A stretch of 64,000 nt of DNA from Trypanosoma brucei (GCA_000002445.1 CP000068.1:1184001-1248000); one strand, 5' to 3'. Counted from the stretch's first letter, positions 1 to 10,405 are shown. Numbers and translations are program-made. The notes: generated by a model from the sequence alone, not told the origin.

Positions 1-16
1 GAGTGTTGGTGAAGTA

Positions 17-3000
17 ATGGCCATCGGTCGTACATTTGAGGAGGCCGTGCAGAAGGCACTGCGAATGGTGGATCCATCGAATAACGGCTTTGACACTCCC
101 AAAAGACTTGCTGAAATGGGTGACAAGTGGGACTACATGCGGGCGCTGCGCGTTCCTACGCCAGATCGCATCTTTGCGATTTGCCGTGCCTTGAAGGAAG
201 GCATCACAGTGGATGAAATACATCGGTTAACTCGCATCGACAAATTTTTCCTCAACAAGTTACAACTCCTGATCGAGATGCAGAGGGAACTGACCACGCT
301 ATACAGGGGTAAACTGGACACAATCACATATGACCACCTCCTTGCTATGAAAGCGCACGGTTTCAGCGACGTTCAGATTGCTGAGTACCTCCAGTGCACA
401 ACTGACGATGTACGGAAACGGCGCTACAAGTTGAACATTACCCCCAAGGTGAAGCAAATCGATACAGTCGCTGGCGAATACCCCGCCGCGCAGTGTTGCT
501 ATTTATACACCACCTACAACGCACAACACGATGATGTCGAATTCAACGATCGTATGTACGCCGTGCTTGGTTGTGGTGTGTACCGGATTGGCAGCAGCGT
601 GGAGTTTGACTACGGTGGTGTCTTAGTCGCTCGTGAGCTCCGTCGACTCGGTAACAAAGTGATTTTGATTAATTATAACCCCGAAACAGTGTCCACAGAT
701 TATGATGAATGTGACCGCCTGTACTTTGAAGAGGTGTCAGAGGAGACAGTGCTTGACATCCTGCTCAAAGAAAAGATTAGCGGTGTTATCATATCGCTGG
801 GTGGACAAATTGTCCAAAATATGGCCCTTCGATTGAAAGAGCATGGGCTGCCGATCCTTGGGACAGATCCTGTAAACGTTGATAAGGCAGAAGATCGCAA
901 CAAATTCTCGAAGATGTGCGATCAACTGGGTGTACCGCAGCCCGAATGGATTTTGTCAACAAGTGTTCAAGATGTTCACGCGTTCTGCCAGCGCGTCGGT
1001 TTCCCGACACTTGTGCGACCAAGCTATGTGTTGAGCGGCTCTGCTATGGCTGTCATATCGTCTCCGGAAGATATTGACCGCTACCTCACTAAGGCTTCGT
1101 TGGTTTCTGGTACTCATCCTGTTGTGGTGAGCAAGTACTACGAAGGTGCAATGGAATACGACGTTGATATCGTTGCCCATCACGGCCGTGTGCTCTGTTA
1201 CGCGATTTGCGAGCATTTGGAAAATGCTGGTGTACACTCAGGAGATGCCACGATGTTCCTTCCTCCACAGCACACCAAAAAGGAGGTCATGAAACGCATA
1301 TACGAAGCAGCCACACAAATTGCCGGAGAGTTGGATGTTGTCGGACCCATGAACGTTCAGTTCTTGCTCACTAAGGACGAGCAGCTGCGCGTGATTGAGG
1401 CGAACATCCGCAGCTCACGTTCCGTGCCGTTTGTTTCCAAGACGCTTGGCATATCGTTCCCGGCCGTCATGGTTTCCGCGCTTCTATCGCGTCCCGACTC
1501 CGAGCTTGTGCCAATCCGTCGTGCTAAGATGACTCACATTGGTTGTAAGGCTCCTATGTTCTCATTCAACCGACTCGCTGGCGCTGACCCTATCCTCGGT
1601 GTGGAGATGGCATCCACGGGTGAAATTGGCGTATTTGGCTGTGACAAACGCGAGGTGTTTCGTAAAGCAATGCTTTGCCAGAATTTCCGGTACCCGACAA
1701 AAGGTGTTTTTATCAGCTCTGATGTGGACGCAGTCACTGAGGAGCTCCTCCCCCACCTCGAGAAGATTTCAAAGACGTTACCACTTTTTGCATCAACACA
1801 CACCGGTGCTGTGCTCACCAAGCACGGCATTCCGCACACTGTCTTAACTCAAAGGCATGAGGATGGTGACAATCCCACATACGAGGTGGAGCTCGCGGCG
1901 AGGCGATTTGACCTCGTTATTCAGCTACGAAATAAAAGGAAAGATTTCATTCTGCGAAGCTGCACGCGGGAAAATGCACCACCAGACTACTGGGTCCGCC
2001 GCCTTGCTGTTGACTACAACGTAGCACTCCTTACCGAGCCCAACGTTGTGAAGATGTTCTGCGAAACCCTTGACATCATTGGTGATATCGAGATCGAACC
2101 ATTCCGCTACTACGTACCTCGCGTATATCACAAAATAGAGAGCAATAACTGCACTATGCTGCGCCACCACAAGGTTGGTCTCTGTATTAATCCTACGATG
2201 GATAGCAAGGTCCTCGCCATACGTATGCGCGAAGAGAAAATCGATCTCACATGCTTCCACGCGTCTCTCGGTGGATCGGTCACGAGCAGCGAGGCCTTTG
2301 CTGAGGAGTTCCGGTCACTTAAGGTTCCCGTGGAAGTTGTAGATCTCCGTAACGAAATGGCAGAACTCGCCTTCGATATGGTGATGGCTCTCATCGCAGA
2401 AGAAGATAACAGGTGGCACTTGCCGGCGCTGGCTGAACACGTCATTGGCGTGCACCTCCTCACTGCGATGCAGGAGCGCGGTGTTACTGTTGTTGCACAG
2501 TGCTCATCACAAGGGAGGAAGGGAATGAATTTTGAACGTTATGCCCGCATGCTTCAGCCGAAGATGGGTGTTTATAGCCCGTGGCGAGACCAACGTATGC
2601 TAAGTGATTTCCCTACAGAGGCTGAAAAAATCAATTTTCTTGAAAAACATGAGGTAAAGGTTCAATCAGCAGCGATGGAGACACACAGTAGTATCTGTGG
2701 CATTACATGTGGATTGGGCGGCGAAGTCGCCACGCCTACACCACGGATGGTTCTCCCTGTGTCTAAATGTCCCGCCACACCCGAGTTTTGCTCTATTGCA
2801 TTCCGTGCGGCACGCTGCGTCCGCATCAACGACGTCGATGTCACACCGGTTCAGGCCCTGCAGCTGGCGAACGAAATTGCCGGCCGCAATGGTGTCGGTC
2901 TTGAACACACTCAAAACAATGAGATGTGCGAGGCGCCAGGTATGACACTACTTTCCAAAGCTCTGCACTTTATCTATGACGTGTGTTTCGATCGCGGTAA

Positions 3001-3283
3001 CACTGATGCCTTCCGTATGTACTCCCGGCATGTGTCATCCATGCTTTCCTCACGCGGTTTCGTTGAGCGCCAAACACTATCTTCATTGGAGGCTATCCGT
3101 CATTTAACAGCGGATGTGGACGGTGTGGTGGATGTGGAAGTGAACCGAGGTGAAGTGATATTCCTAAAGGTATCGCACGTCTCACGGCCCGTAAAGCTTC
3201 GACTAACCAAAATCATGACTGACGAAGAGCTCGAGGAGGTGTTCCAACCCGGTGACGGCACGTTCGGTGATGTACAATGGTAG
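17..3283 (+). CDS. pyr1: Carbamoyl-phosphate synthetase II large-chain region, 5'-truncated at the window edge. Covers the oligomerisation domain, second ATP-grasp domain, MGS-like domain and a ~390 aa C-terminal extension.
   Basis: Translation starts inside the CarB oligomerisation domain (AIGRTFEEAVQKALR). The second ATP-grasp block is YAVLGCGVYRIGSSVEFDYGGVLVARELRRLGNKVILINYNPETVSTDYDE, followed by LVRPSYVLSGSAMAVI and an MGS-like domain ending ~aa 700. The frame is open from nt 17, so the N-terminus lies upstream of the window. Confidence 0.9.
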   Translation: MAIGRTFEEAVQKALRMVDPSNNGFDTPKRLAEMGDKWDYMRALRVPTPDRIFAICRALKEGITVDEIHRLTRIDKFFLNKLQLLIEMQRELTTLYRGKLDTITYDHLLAMKAHGFSDVQIAEYLQCTTDDVRKRRYKLNITPKVKQIDTVAGEYPAAQCCYLYTTYNAQHDDVEFNDRMYAVLGCGVYRIGSSVEFDYGGVLVARELRRLGNKVILINYNPETVSTDYDECDRLYFEEVSEETVLDILLKEKISGVIISLGGQIVQNMALRLKEHGLPILGTDPVNVDKAEDRNKFSKMCDQLGVPQPEWILSTSVQDVHAFCQRVGFPTLVRPSYVLSGSAMAVISSPEDIDRYLTKASLVSGTHPVVVSKYYEGAMEYDVDIVAHHGRVLCYAICEHLENAGVHSGDATMFLPPQHTKKEVMKRIYEAATQIAGELDVVGPMNVQFLLTKDEQLRVIEANIRSSRSVPFVSKTLGISFPAVMVSALLSRPDSELVPIRRAKMTHIGCKAPMFSFNRLAGADPILGVEMASTGEIGVFGCDKREVFRKAMLCQNFRYPTKGVFISSDVDAVTEELLPHLEKISKTLPLFASTHTGAVLTKHGIPHTVLTQRHEDGDNPTYEVELAARRFDLVIQLRNKRKDFILRSCTRENAPPDYWVRRLAVDYNVALLTEPNVVKMFCETLDIIGDIEIEPFRYYVPRVYHKIESNNCTMLRHHKVGLCINPTMDSKVLAIRMREEKIDLTCFHASLGGSVTSSEAFAEEFRSLKVPVEVVDLRNEMAELAFDMVMALIAEEDNRWHLPALAEHVIGVHLLTAMQERGVTVVAQCSSQGRKGMNFERYARMLQPKMGVYSPWRDQRMLSDFPTEAEKINFLEKHEVKVQSAAMETHSSICGITCGLGGEVATPTPRMVLPVSKCPATPEFCSIAFRAARCVRINDVDVTPVQALQLANEIAGRNGVGLEHTQNNEMCEAPGMTLLSKALHFIYDVCFDRGNTDAFRMYSRHVSSMLSSRGFVERQTLSSLEAIRHLTADVDGVVDVEVNRGEVIFLKVSHVSRPVKLRLTKIMTDEELEEVFQPGDGTFGDVQW

Positions 3284-3740
3284 GCCGCTGACTAAAAATA
3301 CGTATGCGTTTGAGTGTAGTGAATGTGAGTTGACGTAACTTCCTTAGAAAACTTATTTTAGTCAACGCTCCTCTTGACGAGATACTGAATGTGCCTGAAG
3401 TGGAAAGTGAAAGCGGGGAGCGGTGTGGATGTATTTCACTTATGCTTCCAATTTTCCCGTTTCAACATGATACCGCGAGGATATGAAGGAAAAGGGACGT
3501 GAAGGAAGCAACCGAAGTCAGAACATTTCTTACTGCTAGTGGGATGGTCCCACAAATCAACAGCGTGGGCGCCGAAATCGAGTGGTCATTTTCACAATAC
3601 CGTTTACCACATTCTCCGTTCTGTCAATTGTGCCTACACAAATTTATTTTATCCCGTTTCCATTCTTGCACCTTCTCCGTTTTTTTTGGTTTTATTTTTC
3701 ATTTTTAGTTATGCCATTTCTCCACCCATTTTATTTTGTT

Positions 3741-3830
3741 TGGCCCCTCTCTTTCTTCCCCTGTCCCTCTCCCCCCCCCCCCCTCTCCCCCTCTTTCCTC
3801 TTTTTTTTTCTTTACTACGGTCAGGTTGAG
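3741..3830 (+). repeat. Extended C/CT-rich polypyrimidine low-complexity tract including a C12 homopolymer
   Basis: ...ccctctctttcttcccctgtccctctcccccccccccctctccccctctttcctcttttttttt... Produces spurious P/L/F-rich ORFs (3539..3829, 3582..3953). Confidence 0.8.
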
Positions 3831-3924
3831 ATTTCTGAAAGGAGGGAGGGTAAGGGACAGGGGAGGGATGTAAGCGTCACGAGGGTACTGAATTCAAAAC
3901 GGAAGCAACGTTTAAAAAATAAAC

Positions 3925-3943
3925 ATACACACACACACACAAA
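3925..3943 (+). repeat. (AC)n microsatellite
   Basis: atacacacacacacacacaaac. Confidence 0.9.
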
Positions 3944-4982
3944 CGTTCGTTGATAACACTATTGCCGGTATATTTTTGTTAAGGAATCAAACAAGAGAGA
4001 GGGAGAGGAAATGATAGCATGCGACGGTATCTAACTTTACTTCCCTCATCGATATATGGTAATTCCCTTCCCTGAAAACGAATCGAGGGTAAGCGCGGCA
4101 TTAAGAATTCCCCACCGTGTTTTTTTTTGATTTGTGTTACTAAACTTCTCAAATGAATCATGAGAAGTAAAAAGGAAGGAAGGAAGGGGGGGGGGGGTAA
4201 AGTCATTGTTTTATGTGTATGCGCCTCCGTGTGTTGCGGAACCCTGCAAAAGGAGAAAGAACCGTACCGCAGAGCCGGTGTAAATTTACCCTGAAGTCAC
4301 GTAGACGAGTAAATGGTGGTTACTAATAAGTAATATAATTAATTTAACTGCACAGTATAGATAAGAGGACGGGTTGGGCGTGAAGAAAAAAAATGAGAAC
4401 GGTTACAATGGAGAAAAGGGGAGGGTAAGCTGACTTTTTCGGCGTGTCAAAAAATTAGTATAATAATCGATTCTTTCTTTGCTTCTCTCCTTCTTTTTGT
4501 TTTTTCCTCTTCTTCACGCGCTCTCCTTCTCTTTATTTTTACCGTCTTTGACCCCTTTTTCCCCTCCTCGTTTGGCCGTGGCTGTGATAACTGATTTCAC
4601 TTCAACTCCCTAAAGGAATATAGTGGAAGCAAAGATTTGGGAGCGTGACTAGAAATGTTTTGTGCACAGCCCTCCCACATGGCGAATAATTGTAGCGGCA
4701 GTTTCTAACGGTTATATGTTTAACTGCATTATGCCCCTCTCTCACTTGGCGCCATCTCTGTGTTACAACATGCGTTTGATCTATCAGTTTATTATATTGT
4801 TTTCCCTCAAACACATGCGAAGCGAGTAAGAGTTGAAAATGTTACGGCAAAGGCCAATGGGCACTGGTAGAAGGCAACGGATCGCGGTTATGAAAGTTCT
4901 TGTGTGTATGTTTATGTGGGGGTGGGGGTGGAAGTTGTGGTAGTGTCATCTCGTGTACATTGTTTAAGTCGCTTCAACCTTG

Positions 4983-5020
4983 TTTCTTTTTTTTTTCCTT
5001 TTCTTCTTCTTCGCTATCTG
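4983..5020 (+). promoter_or_regulatory. Polypyrimidine tract / trans-splice acceptor region upstream of OMPDC-OPRT
   Basis: tgtttcttttttttttccttttcttcttcttcgctatctg followed by AG dinucleotides, then ATG at 5181. Kinetoplastid SL trans-splicing signal architecture. Confidence 0.6.
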
Positions 5021-5180
5021 ATTGAGTTTTCATACTAAGTTGGATCCGCTGCTTGACTTGTATATATAAAGCAGCAGTATTCTAGGTAAAGAAGACCAAA
5101 TAAAAAAGAAAGAGGTAAGTAAAAATTGAAGACACATATATACAAACCAACAAGTGTTGTGAAAGGCAAACAGTTACAAA

Positions 5181-6557
5181 ATGTCCTCTACTTTCTTTGA
5201 TATGCTTAACAAACGGGCGAAAACCACGTTGCTCTGTATAGGCTTAGACCCACGGGCTGACACTGCAGCGGCAGCAGTTCTCGAGTGCAAGCGGATTATT
5301 GACACCACATCCAACTATGCGGCGGCATATAAGCCTAACGCAGCCTTTTTTGAGTGTTTTGGAGCAGCCGGTTGGTCGGCACTCGAAGAAGTGATCGCTC
5401 ACATTCCTCAGGACATTCCCGTTTTGTTGGACGCGAAGCGTGGTGATATCGCTGACACGGCAGAGGCATATGCGAAATCTGCCTTCCAACGCCTCAAGGT
5501 ACACGCCATAACTGCTTCACCATACATGGGGGGTGATTCCCTGCAACCCTTTCTGAAGTACTCATCGAAGGGAGTATTTGTTTTGTGTAAAACCTCCAAC
5601 AAGGGTTCCAGTGAGCTTCAATGCCTACAAACAAATGGGCAGTCTCTATATGAAACCATTGCCGAACGTGCTGAGAGAGTTTGGAATTACAACCGTAATG
5701 TCGGTTTGGTTGTTGGTGCCACGGACCCTGTTGCCCTCTCCCGCGCACGAGCATGTGCCCCCACATTGTGGATTTTGGTTCCTGGTGTTGGAGCACAAGG
5801 CGGCGACCTGAAGGCAGCACTGCAAGCTGGGCTGCGTACGGACGGGAGCGGTCTGCTAATTAATGTCTCACGTGCAGTAACCCAAGCGAAAGATCCGCGC
5901 GCGGTGGCACAAAAGCTCTGCGAGGATATTAACCGTATCCGGCTGCGCACAAACAATGTGTCGGAAATGGCAGGCGCACTTGTGGCATCGCAATGTGTAC
6001 GCTTTGGTAAGTTCACTCTGAAGTCAGGGAAAACATCGCCCATTTACATTGATCTGCGCCGTCTCGTAACACATCCGTTGATAATGCGTTTGGTGGCCCG
6101 TCACTACGCGCGTATATTAACCACTATGCAGTTTGACCGCATTGTGGGTTTGCCCTACGCTGCGCTCCCTATTGCGACCGCCATTTCACTTGAGATGAAT
6201 GTTCCTCTTATCTACCCACGCCGGGAGAGGAAAGATTATGGTACGAAGGGTCTCATTGAGGGAGATTTTCAGAAAGGCGACCGTGTGGTAATTGTTGACG
6301 ACCTCGTGACAACAGGTGAGACAAAAGTAGAGGCTATTGAGAAGCTGAAGGCAGCCGGGCTTCATATTGTTTCCATAGTTGTGCTCATTGACCGAGAGAT
6401 GGGCGCCAAAAAGTTCCTCGGTAGTCTTGGTTATGAGTTCCATGCAGTTGCCACACTTTCTCAATTACTCCCGCTTTGGTTACAGCAAGGCGCCATTACG
6501 GATAAGCAGATGCGAGAAGTCACCGCCTTCATGTTGGAATCCACTAGCAAGCTGTAA
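5181..6557 (+). CDS. pyr6-5: Bifunctional orotidine-5'-phosphate decarboxylase / orotate phosphoribosyltransferase (OMPDC-OPRT fusion), ending in the PTS1 tripeptide SKL.
   Basis: N-terminal OMPDC motifs (LCIGLDPR, LLDAKRGDIADT). C-terminal type-I PRTase PRPP-binding motif VVIVDDLVTTGETK. Terminal -SKL. Polypyrimidine tract 4983..5020 upstream. Confidence 0.9.
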   Translation: MSSTFFDMLNKRAKTTLLCIGLDPRADTAAAAVLECKRIIDTTSNYAAAYKPNAAFFECFGAAGWSALEEVIAHIPQDIPVLLDAKRGDIADTAEAYAKSAFQRLKVHAITASPYMGGDSLQPFLKYSSKGVFVLCKTSNKGSSELQCLQTNGQSLYETIAERAERVWNYNRNVGLVVGATDPVALSRARACAPTLWILVPGVGAQGGDLKAALQAGLRTDGSGLLINVSRAVTQAKDPRAVAQKLCEDINRIRLRTNNVSEMAGALVASQCVRFGKFTLKSGKTSPIYIDLRRLVTHPLIMRLVARHYARILTTMQFDRIVGLPYAALPIATAISLEMNVPLIYPRRERKDYGTKGLIEGDFQKGDRVVIVDDLVTTGETKVEAIEKLKAAGLHIVSIVVLIDREMGAKKFLGSLGYEFHAVATLSQLLPLWLQQGAITDKQMREVTAFMLESTSKL

Positions 6558-7391
6558 GTGGGTCGGAGCTCTATCTTTAAGCTATTGCGGACGTACACAC
6601 ATGTTTTCGTTGCAAATTATTTTCGCACCTACTTCAGATCGTAAGCGTGGGGAGTAATAATAATGCTCCCTACCATGAATTTAAGCAGTTTGGTGAATGA
6701 ACAATTCGCTTTAAATTGATGGACCATGAAATGCACTTTTACGGTCGCAGCGTTTAACTAAGTGGCGAGGGCAAGTTTTTAATAATAATAATAATAAAGC
6801 AAATAGTAAACTATATGAGACAGCAATGGGGTTTGGGAGGGAAGGTTTAATCGCTTCAAAGGTATTTGTGTGTGGTTGAGGAGGTGATAGCGAAGTGAGG
6901 GTTTCTAATAACTGTAGAGCAGCAATAAAAAAAAAGGTAGCAGTTGATCAATTTGCTGTGGTGCCCTCTGCATTGAAGGGTATCTGGGATGTATGAAGTT
7001 CCATCACTCGGAGCCATCACCTTTCCCTCATTTCTCGTTTACATCCTTTACATGTTGGGTGGTGGCATTAATTCTTCACTTAACAAATAAACAAAGGGGA
7101 CTACAAGAGGAACAATAAGGATATTGTGTGACTTCCCCCCCCCTCTCTCTCTTCATTTAGTTGAACTGTCAGTGGATACACACAAGGAAGGTTTCGGATG
7201 AAGCTAAAAAGGAAAGAGGATGATGTTAAACGATGAGTATGATAAATATGCGTAATTGCTAATTGGGTGGACAACGGAGAGAAGCAGAAAATAAAAATGT
7301 TGAGATCAGATTGGAAGTGTTGTGTGGACAGATAAACTGGGTTGTATAGCGTACAGTAATAGCATTGACTCTCTTTTGACAACTTACGCTG

Positions 7392-7430
7392 TTTCCCCCT
7401 CTTTTTTTTTCTTTTCACACCTTCCTTCGT
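7392..7430 (+). promoter_or_regulatory. Polypyrimidine tract / trans-splice acceptor region upstream of ATCase
   Basis: tttccccctcttttttttcttttcacaccttccttcg ~240 nt upstream of ATG 7671. Confidence 0.55.
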
Positions 7431-7670
7431 TATGACGCACCACTGGAAAGGCAGATCGCCTTCTCTACACGTTATTTAAACGGTGAAACGACCGGAACTG
7501 ACAGGGTTGACAACAGGAAAAAAGAGGAAAAGAAGGGAAGGAAGTGTGAGATACCTGCGGTCTCGGAACTTGCTAAATTTTCACAGCTATCGAAAACCAG
7601 TGGCGATAGTTCTCATAGGGTCGGACGTGAACTACCGTTTTCTTCTCTGACGTCGGACTCAGACGAATAA

Positions 7671-8654
7671 ATGGCGGAGCTGCAACCTGTAACTAGTTTG
7701 AAGGGGAAGAGCATAATAACCGCAGCTCAGTTCACCCGCCCCGATATTGATGCTCTCATTCGCCTTGCCACTGCACTTAAAGAGAAGATATGTGCGGGAG
7801 AGGTGTTACGTTTTCTTGAGGGTCGCATCATGACACCTCTATTCTTTGAGGATTCCTCCCGCACGCTTAATTCCTTTTGTGCGGCCATGGCGAGGCTTGG
7901 AGGTCGCGTTGTGTACTTTAAAGCCGAAACCTCCTCCGTGAACAAAGGCGAGACACTCGGGGATACGGTTCGGACGCTGGATTCCTACAGTGACGTACTT
8001 GTGCTGCGTCACCCAAAGCAGGAGGCCATTACGGAAGCGGTTGCCAAAGCTACGCATCCCGTTTTGAATGCCGGGAATGGGGCCGGTGAGCACCCAACAC
8101 AAGCACTTCTCGACGTGTTAACAATACATTCTGAACTGGGCCGCGTTGACGGTAGCACAATCGCGATGATTGGTGATCTTAAGATGGGACGTACGGTCCA
8201 CTCACTACTGAAGTTGCTGGTGCGTAACTTTAAAATGAAAACCATCTTCTTTGTTGCGCCGGATGCACTTCAAATGCCACAGGATGTGGTGGACTCACTA
8301 AAGCAGGAAATAGCAGCAAGTGGCGTGACAATTCGAAGTAGCAACTCGCTGACAGAAGAAATTTTGGGACAATGCGATGTGTTGTACGCCACCCGTCTGC
8401 AGAAGGAGCGCTTTGCCGCAGCGGCTCTGGACGAAGCGAAGGCGTTACAGGCATTTGAAGCGGCAAAGGCGGATATCGTTATTAATGCCGAGCGCATGAA
8501 GAAGGCGAAGGCGAAGATGATTGTCATGCACCCACTTCCCCGTAATGATGAATTGTGCACCAGTGTGGACGAGGACCCACGCGCGGCATACTTTAGGCAG
8601 ATGCAGTACGGTATGTATATGCGGATGGCCATACTTTACAGTGTTCTCGCTTAA
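7671..8654 (+). CDS. pyr2: Aspartate carbamoyltransferase (ATCase) catalytic chain
   Basis: Carbamoyl-phosphate binding motif FFEDSSRTLNSF (S-x-R-T), HPTQ motif (GEHPTQALLD), HPLP motif (MHPLPRN). Length 327 aa, typical for ATCase. Confidence 0.9.
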   Translation: MAELQPVTSLKGKSIITAAQFTRPDIDALIRLATALKEKICAGEVLRFLEGRIMTPLFFEDSSRTLNSFCAAMARLGGRVVYFKAETSSVNKGETLGDTVRTLDSYSDVLVLRHPKQEAITEAVAKATHPVLNAGNGAGEHPTQALLDVLTIHSELGRVDGSTIAMIGDLKMGRTVHSLLKLLVRNFKMKTIFFVAPDALQMPQDVVDSLKQEIAASGVTIRSSNSLTEEILGQCDVLYATRLQKERFAAAALDEAKALQAFEAAKADIVINAERMKKAKAKMIVMHPLPRNDELCTSVDEDPRAAYFRQMQYGMYMRMAILYSVLA

Positions 8655-9211
8655 GGCACAAACGGAAGCAGGAGTGTAAAAGAAAAAAGAAAGGAACAAC
8701 AGAGCCCAAGGAGAAACTCACAGGTTGATTGGTTTAACTTCGCTCAATAGAGAGTGGATTAGCACAGTGAGGGTGTCCAACACGTTAACAAAGTGAGGAA
8801 ACGATAAGGAGCATCGGCCTCCAGTGGAGCGAATTATTAATATTCGGAAGGTAAATGATCGCATCAATATCTTGGATGTTGGCAAGAGGATCGGCAGCTG
8901 AAATGGTTTAGTGACCGGTTTTCCTTTAATTTTTTAAATCGTGACTTAGCTACAGCAGGTGGGAGAAAGATAAAAGAAAATGGGGGATCACACAACGACC
9001 ATGAAGGTTCCTGCCACCAAGCGCAACCGAGTAGTTACGTGAGAGTTACAAGTTGTTAGTGAGCGGTAACTTAACAATCCACACCCTTGTAACTTTTTTA
9101 AAGAAAAATAAAAGAGAAAACACCTGTTAGGGAATATTTCTTGACCTGACCACAGTTTCGTACATCTTTCCGTTGTCTACCTGGATACCACCCAAAATGC
9201 TTTGCAAATCA

Positions 9212-9250
9212 TCCCGTTTTGCCTTTTTTTTTCTTTTTTAATTTGTTCGC
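9212..9250 (+). promoter_or_regulatory. Polypyrimidine tract / trans-splice acceptor region upstream of DHODH
   Basis: tcccgttttgcctttttttttcttttttaatttgttcgc ~215 nt upstream of ATG 9464. Confidence 0.55.
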
Positions 9251-9463
9251 TTTGAGCCATTGATTCTTCGGTTTTGACCAATAATTATCAAACATCCCAA
9301 GGGGAACATTAACGGGGAAAAGAGTTAAGGGGAAGAGGCACTTAAAGGAAGTACACAACATTTGTCGATATTGAAACGAAACGAGGGAGTCAGTACATCC
9401 ACGCAACTGAGTGAGGTGTGGTAGTAGTGCAACCGTAAACGCATACGCAAAGGGAAAAGTAAC

Positions 9464-10405
9464 ATGAGTTTGAAAGTTAATATTCTCGGACATGAGTTTT
9501 CCAACCCGTTTATGAATGCTGCGGGAGTTCTCTGCACAACAGAGGAGGACTTGCGTCGCATGACGGAGAGCGAAAGTGGTTCACTTATTGGAAAGAGTTG
9601 CACACTCGCCCCTCGTACGGGTAATCCTGAGCCACGCTATTTTGGTTTGCCACTAGGGAGTATTAACTCAATGGGGCTTCCAAACCTTGGTGTCGACTTT
9701 TATTTGAGTTATGCTGCACAGACGCACGATTACAGTAGGAAGCCGCTGTTCCTCTCCATGTCCGGCTTGTCTGTAGAGGAGAGCGTGGAGATGGTGAAGA
9801 AACTCGCTCCGATAACGAAGGAAAAGGGTACCATTCTTGAACTAAACCTCTCTTGCCCGAATGTACCTGGGAAACCACAGGTCGGATATGACTTTGACAC
9901 AACACGTACGTATCTTCAGAAGGTGTCTGAGGCATACGGTTTACCGTTTGGGGTGAAGATGCCACCCTATTTTGATATTGCTCACTTTGACATGGCAGCC
10001 GCCGTGCTAAACGATTTTCCTCTCGTGAAGTTTATCACGTGTGTGAACAGTATCGGGAACGGCCTCGTCATCGATCCAGCCAACGAGACAGTCGTGATAA
10101 AACCTAAGCAGGGATTCGGTGGACTTGGAGGGAAATACGTTCTCCCAACTGCACTAGCGAATGTGAATGCCTTTTTCCGTCGTTGCCCCGACAAGTTGGT
10201 GTTCGGATGTGGCGGTGTTTACAGTGGAGAAGAAGCTTTTCTACACATCCTCGCCGGTGCCTCTATGGTACAAGTCGGCACTGCTCTGCATGATGAAGGT
10301 CCCATCATATTTGCTCGACTCAACAAGGAACTGCAAGAAATTATGACAAACAAGGGGTATAAAACCCTTGATGAGTTCCGCGGACGCGTGAAGACGATGG
10401 ATTGA
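9464..10405 (+). CDS. pyr4: Dihydroorotate dehydrogenase, family 1A (cytosolic, fumarate-dependent type with catalytic Cys)
   Basis: MSLKVNILGHEFSNPFMNAAGV N-terminus; active-site LNLSCPNVPGKPQ (Cys base = class 1A); FMN-binding C-terminal GCGGV...VGTAL. 313 aa. Confidence 0.9.
   Translation: MSLKVNILGHEFSNPFMNAAGVLCTTEEDLRRMTESESGSLIGKSCTLAPRTGNPEPRYFGLPLGSINSMGLPNLGVDFYLSYAAQTHDYSRKPLFLSMSGLSVEESVEMVKKLAPITKEKGTILELNLSCPNVPGKPQVGYDFDTTRTYLQKVSEAYGLPFGVKMPPYFDIAHFDMAAAVLNDFPLVKFITCVNSIGNGLVIDPANETVVIKPKQGFGGLGGKYVLPTALANVNAFFRRCPDKLVFGCGGVYSGEEAFLHILAGASMVQVGTALHDEGPIIFARLNKELQEIMTNKGYKTLDEFRGRVKTMD

Noticed and set aside
3539-3953. ORFs 3539..3829 and 3582..3953 (P/L/F-rich translations)
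   Set aside because: They are read straight through the C/CT polypyrimidine low-complexity tract in the CPSII 3' flank. Composition-driven, no coding character.
4601-4625. Single ccctaa hexamer (telomere-like)
   Set aside because: Isolated single copy, not a tandem array. The window is not subtelomeric by this criterion.
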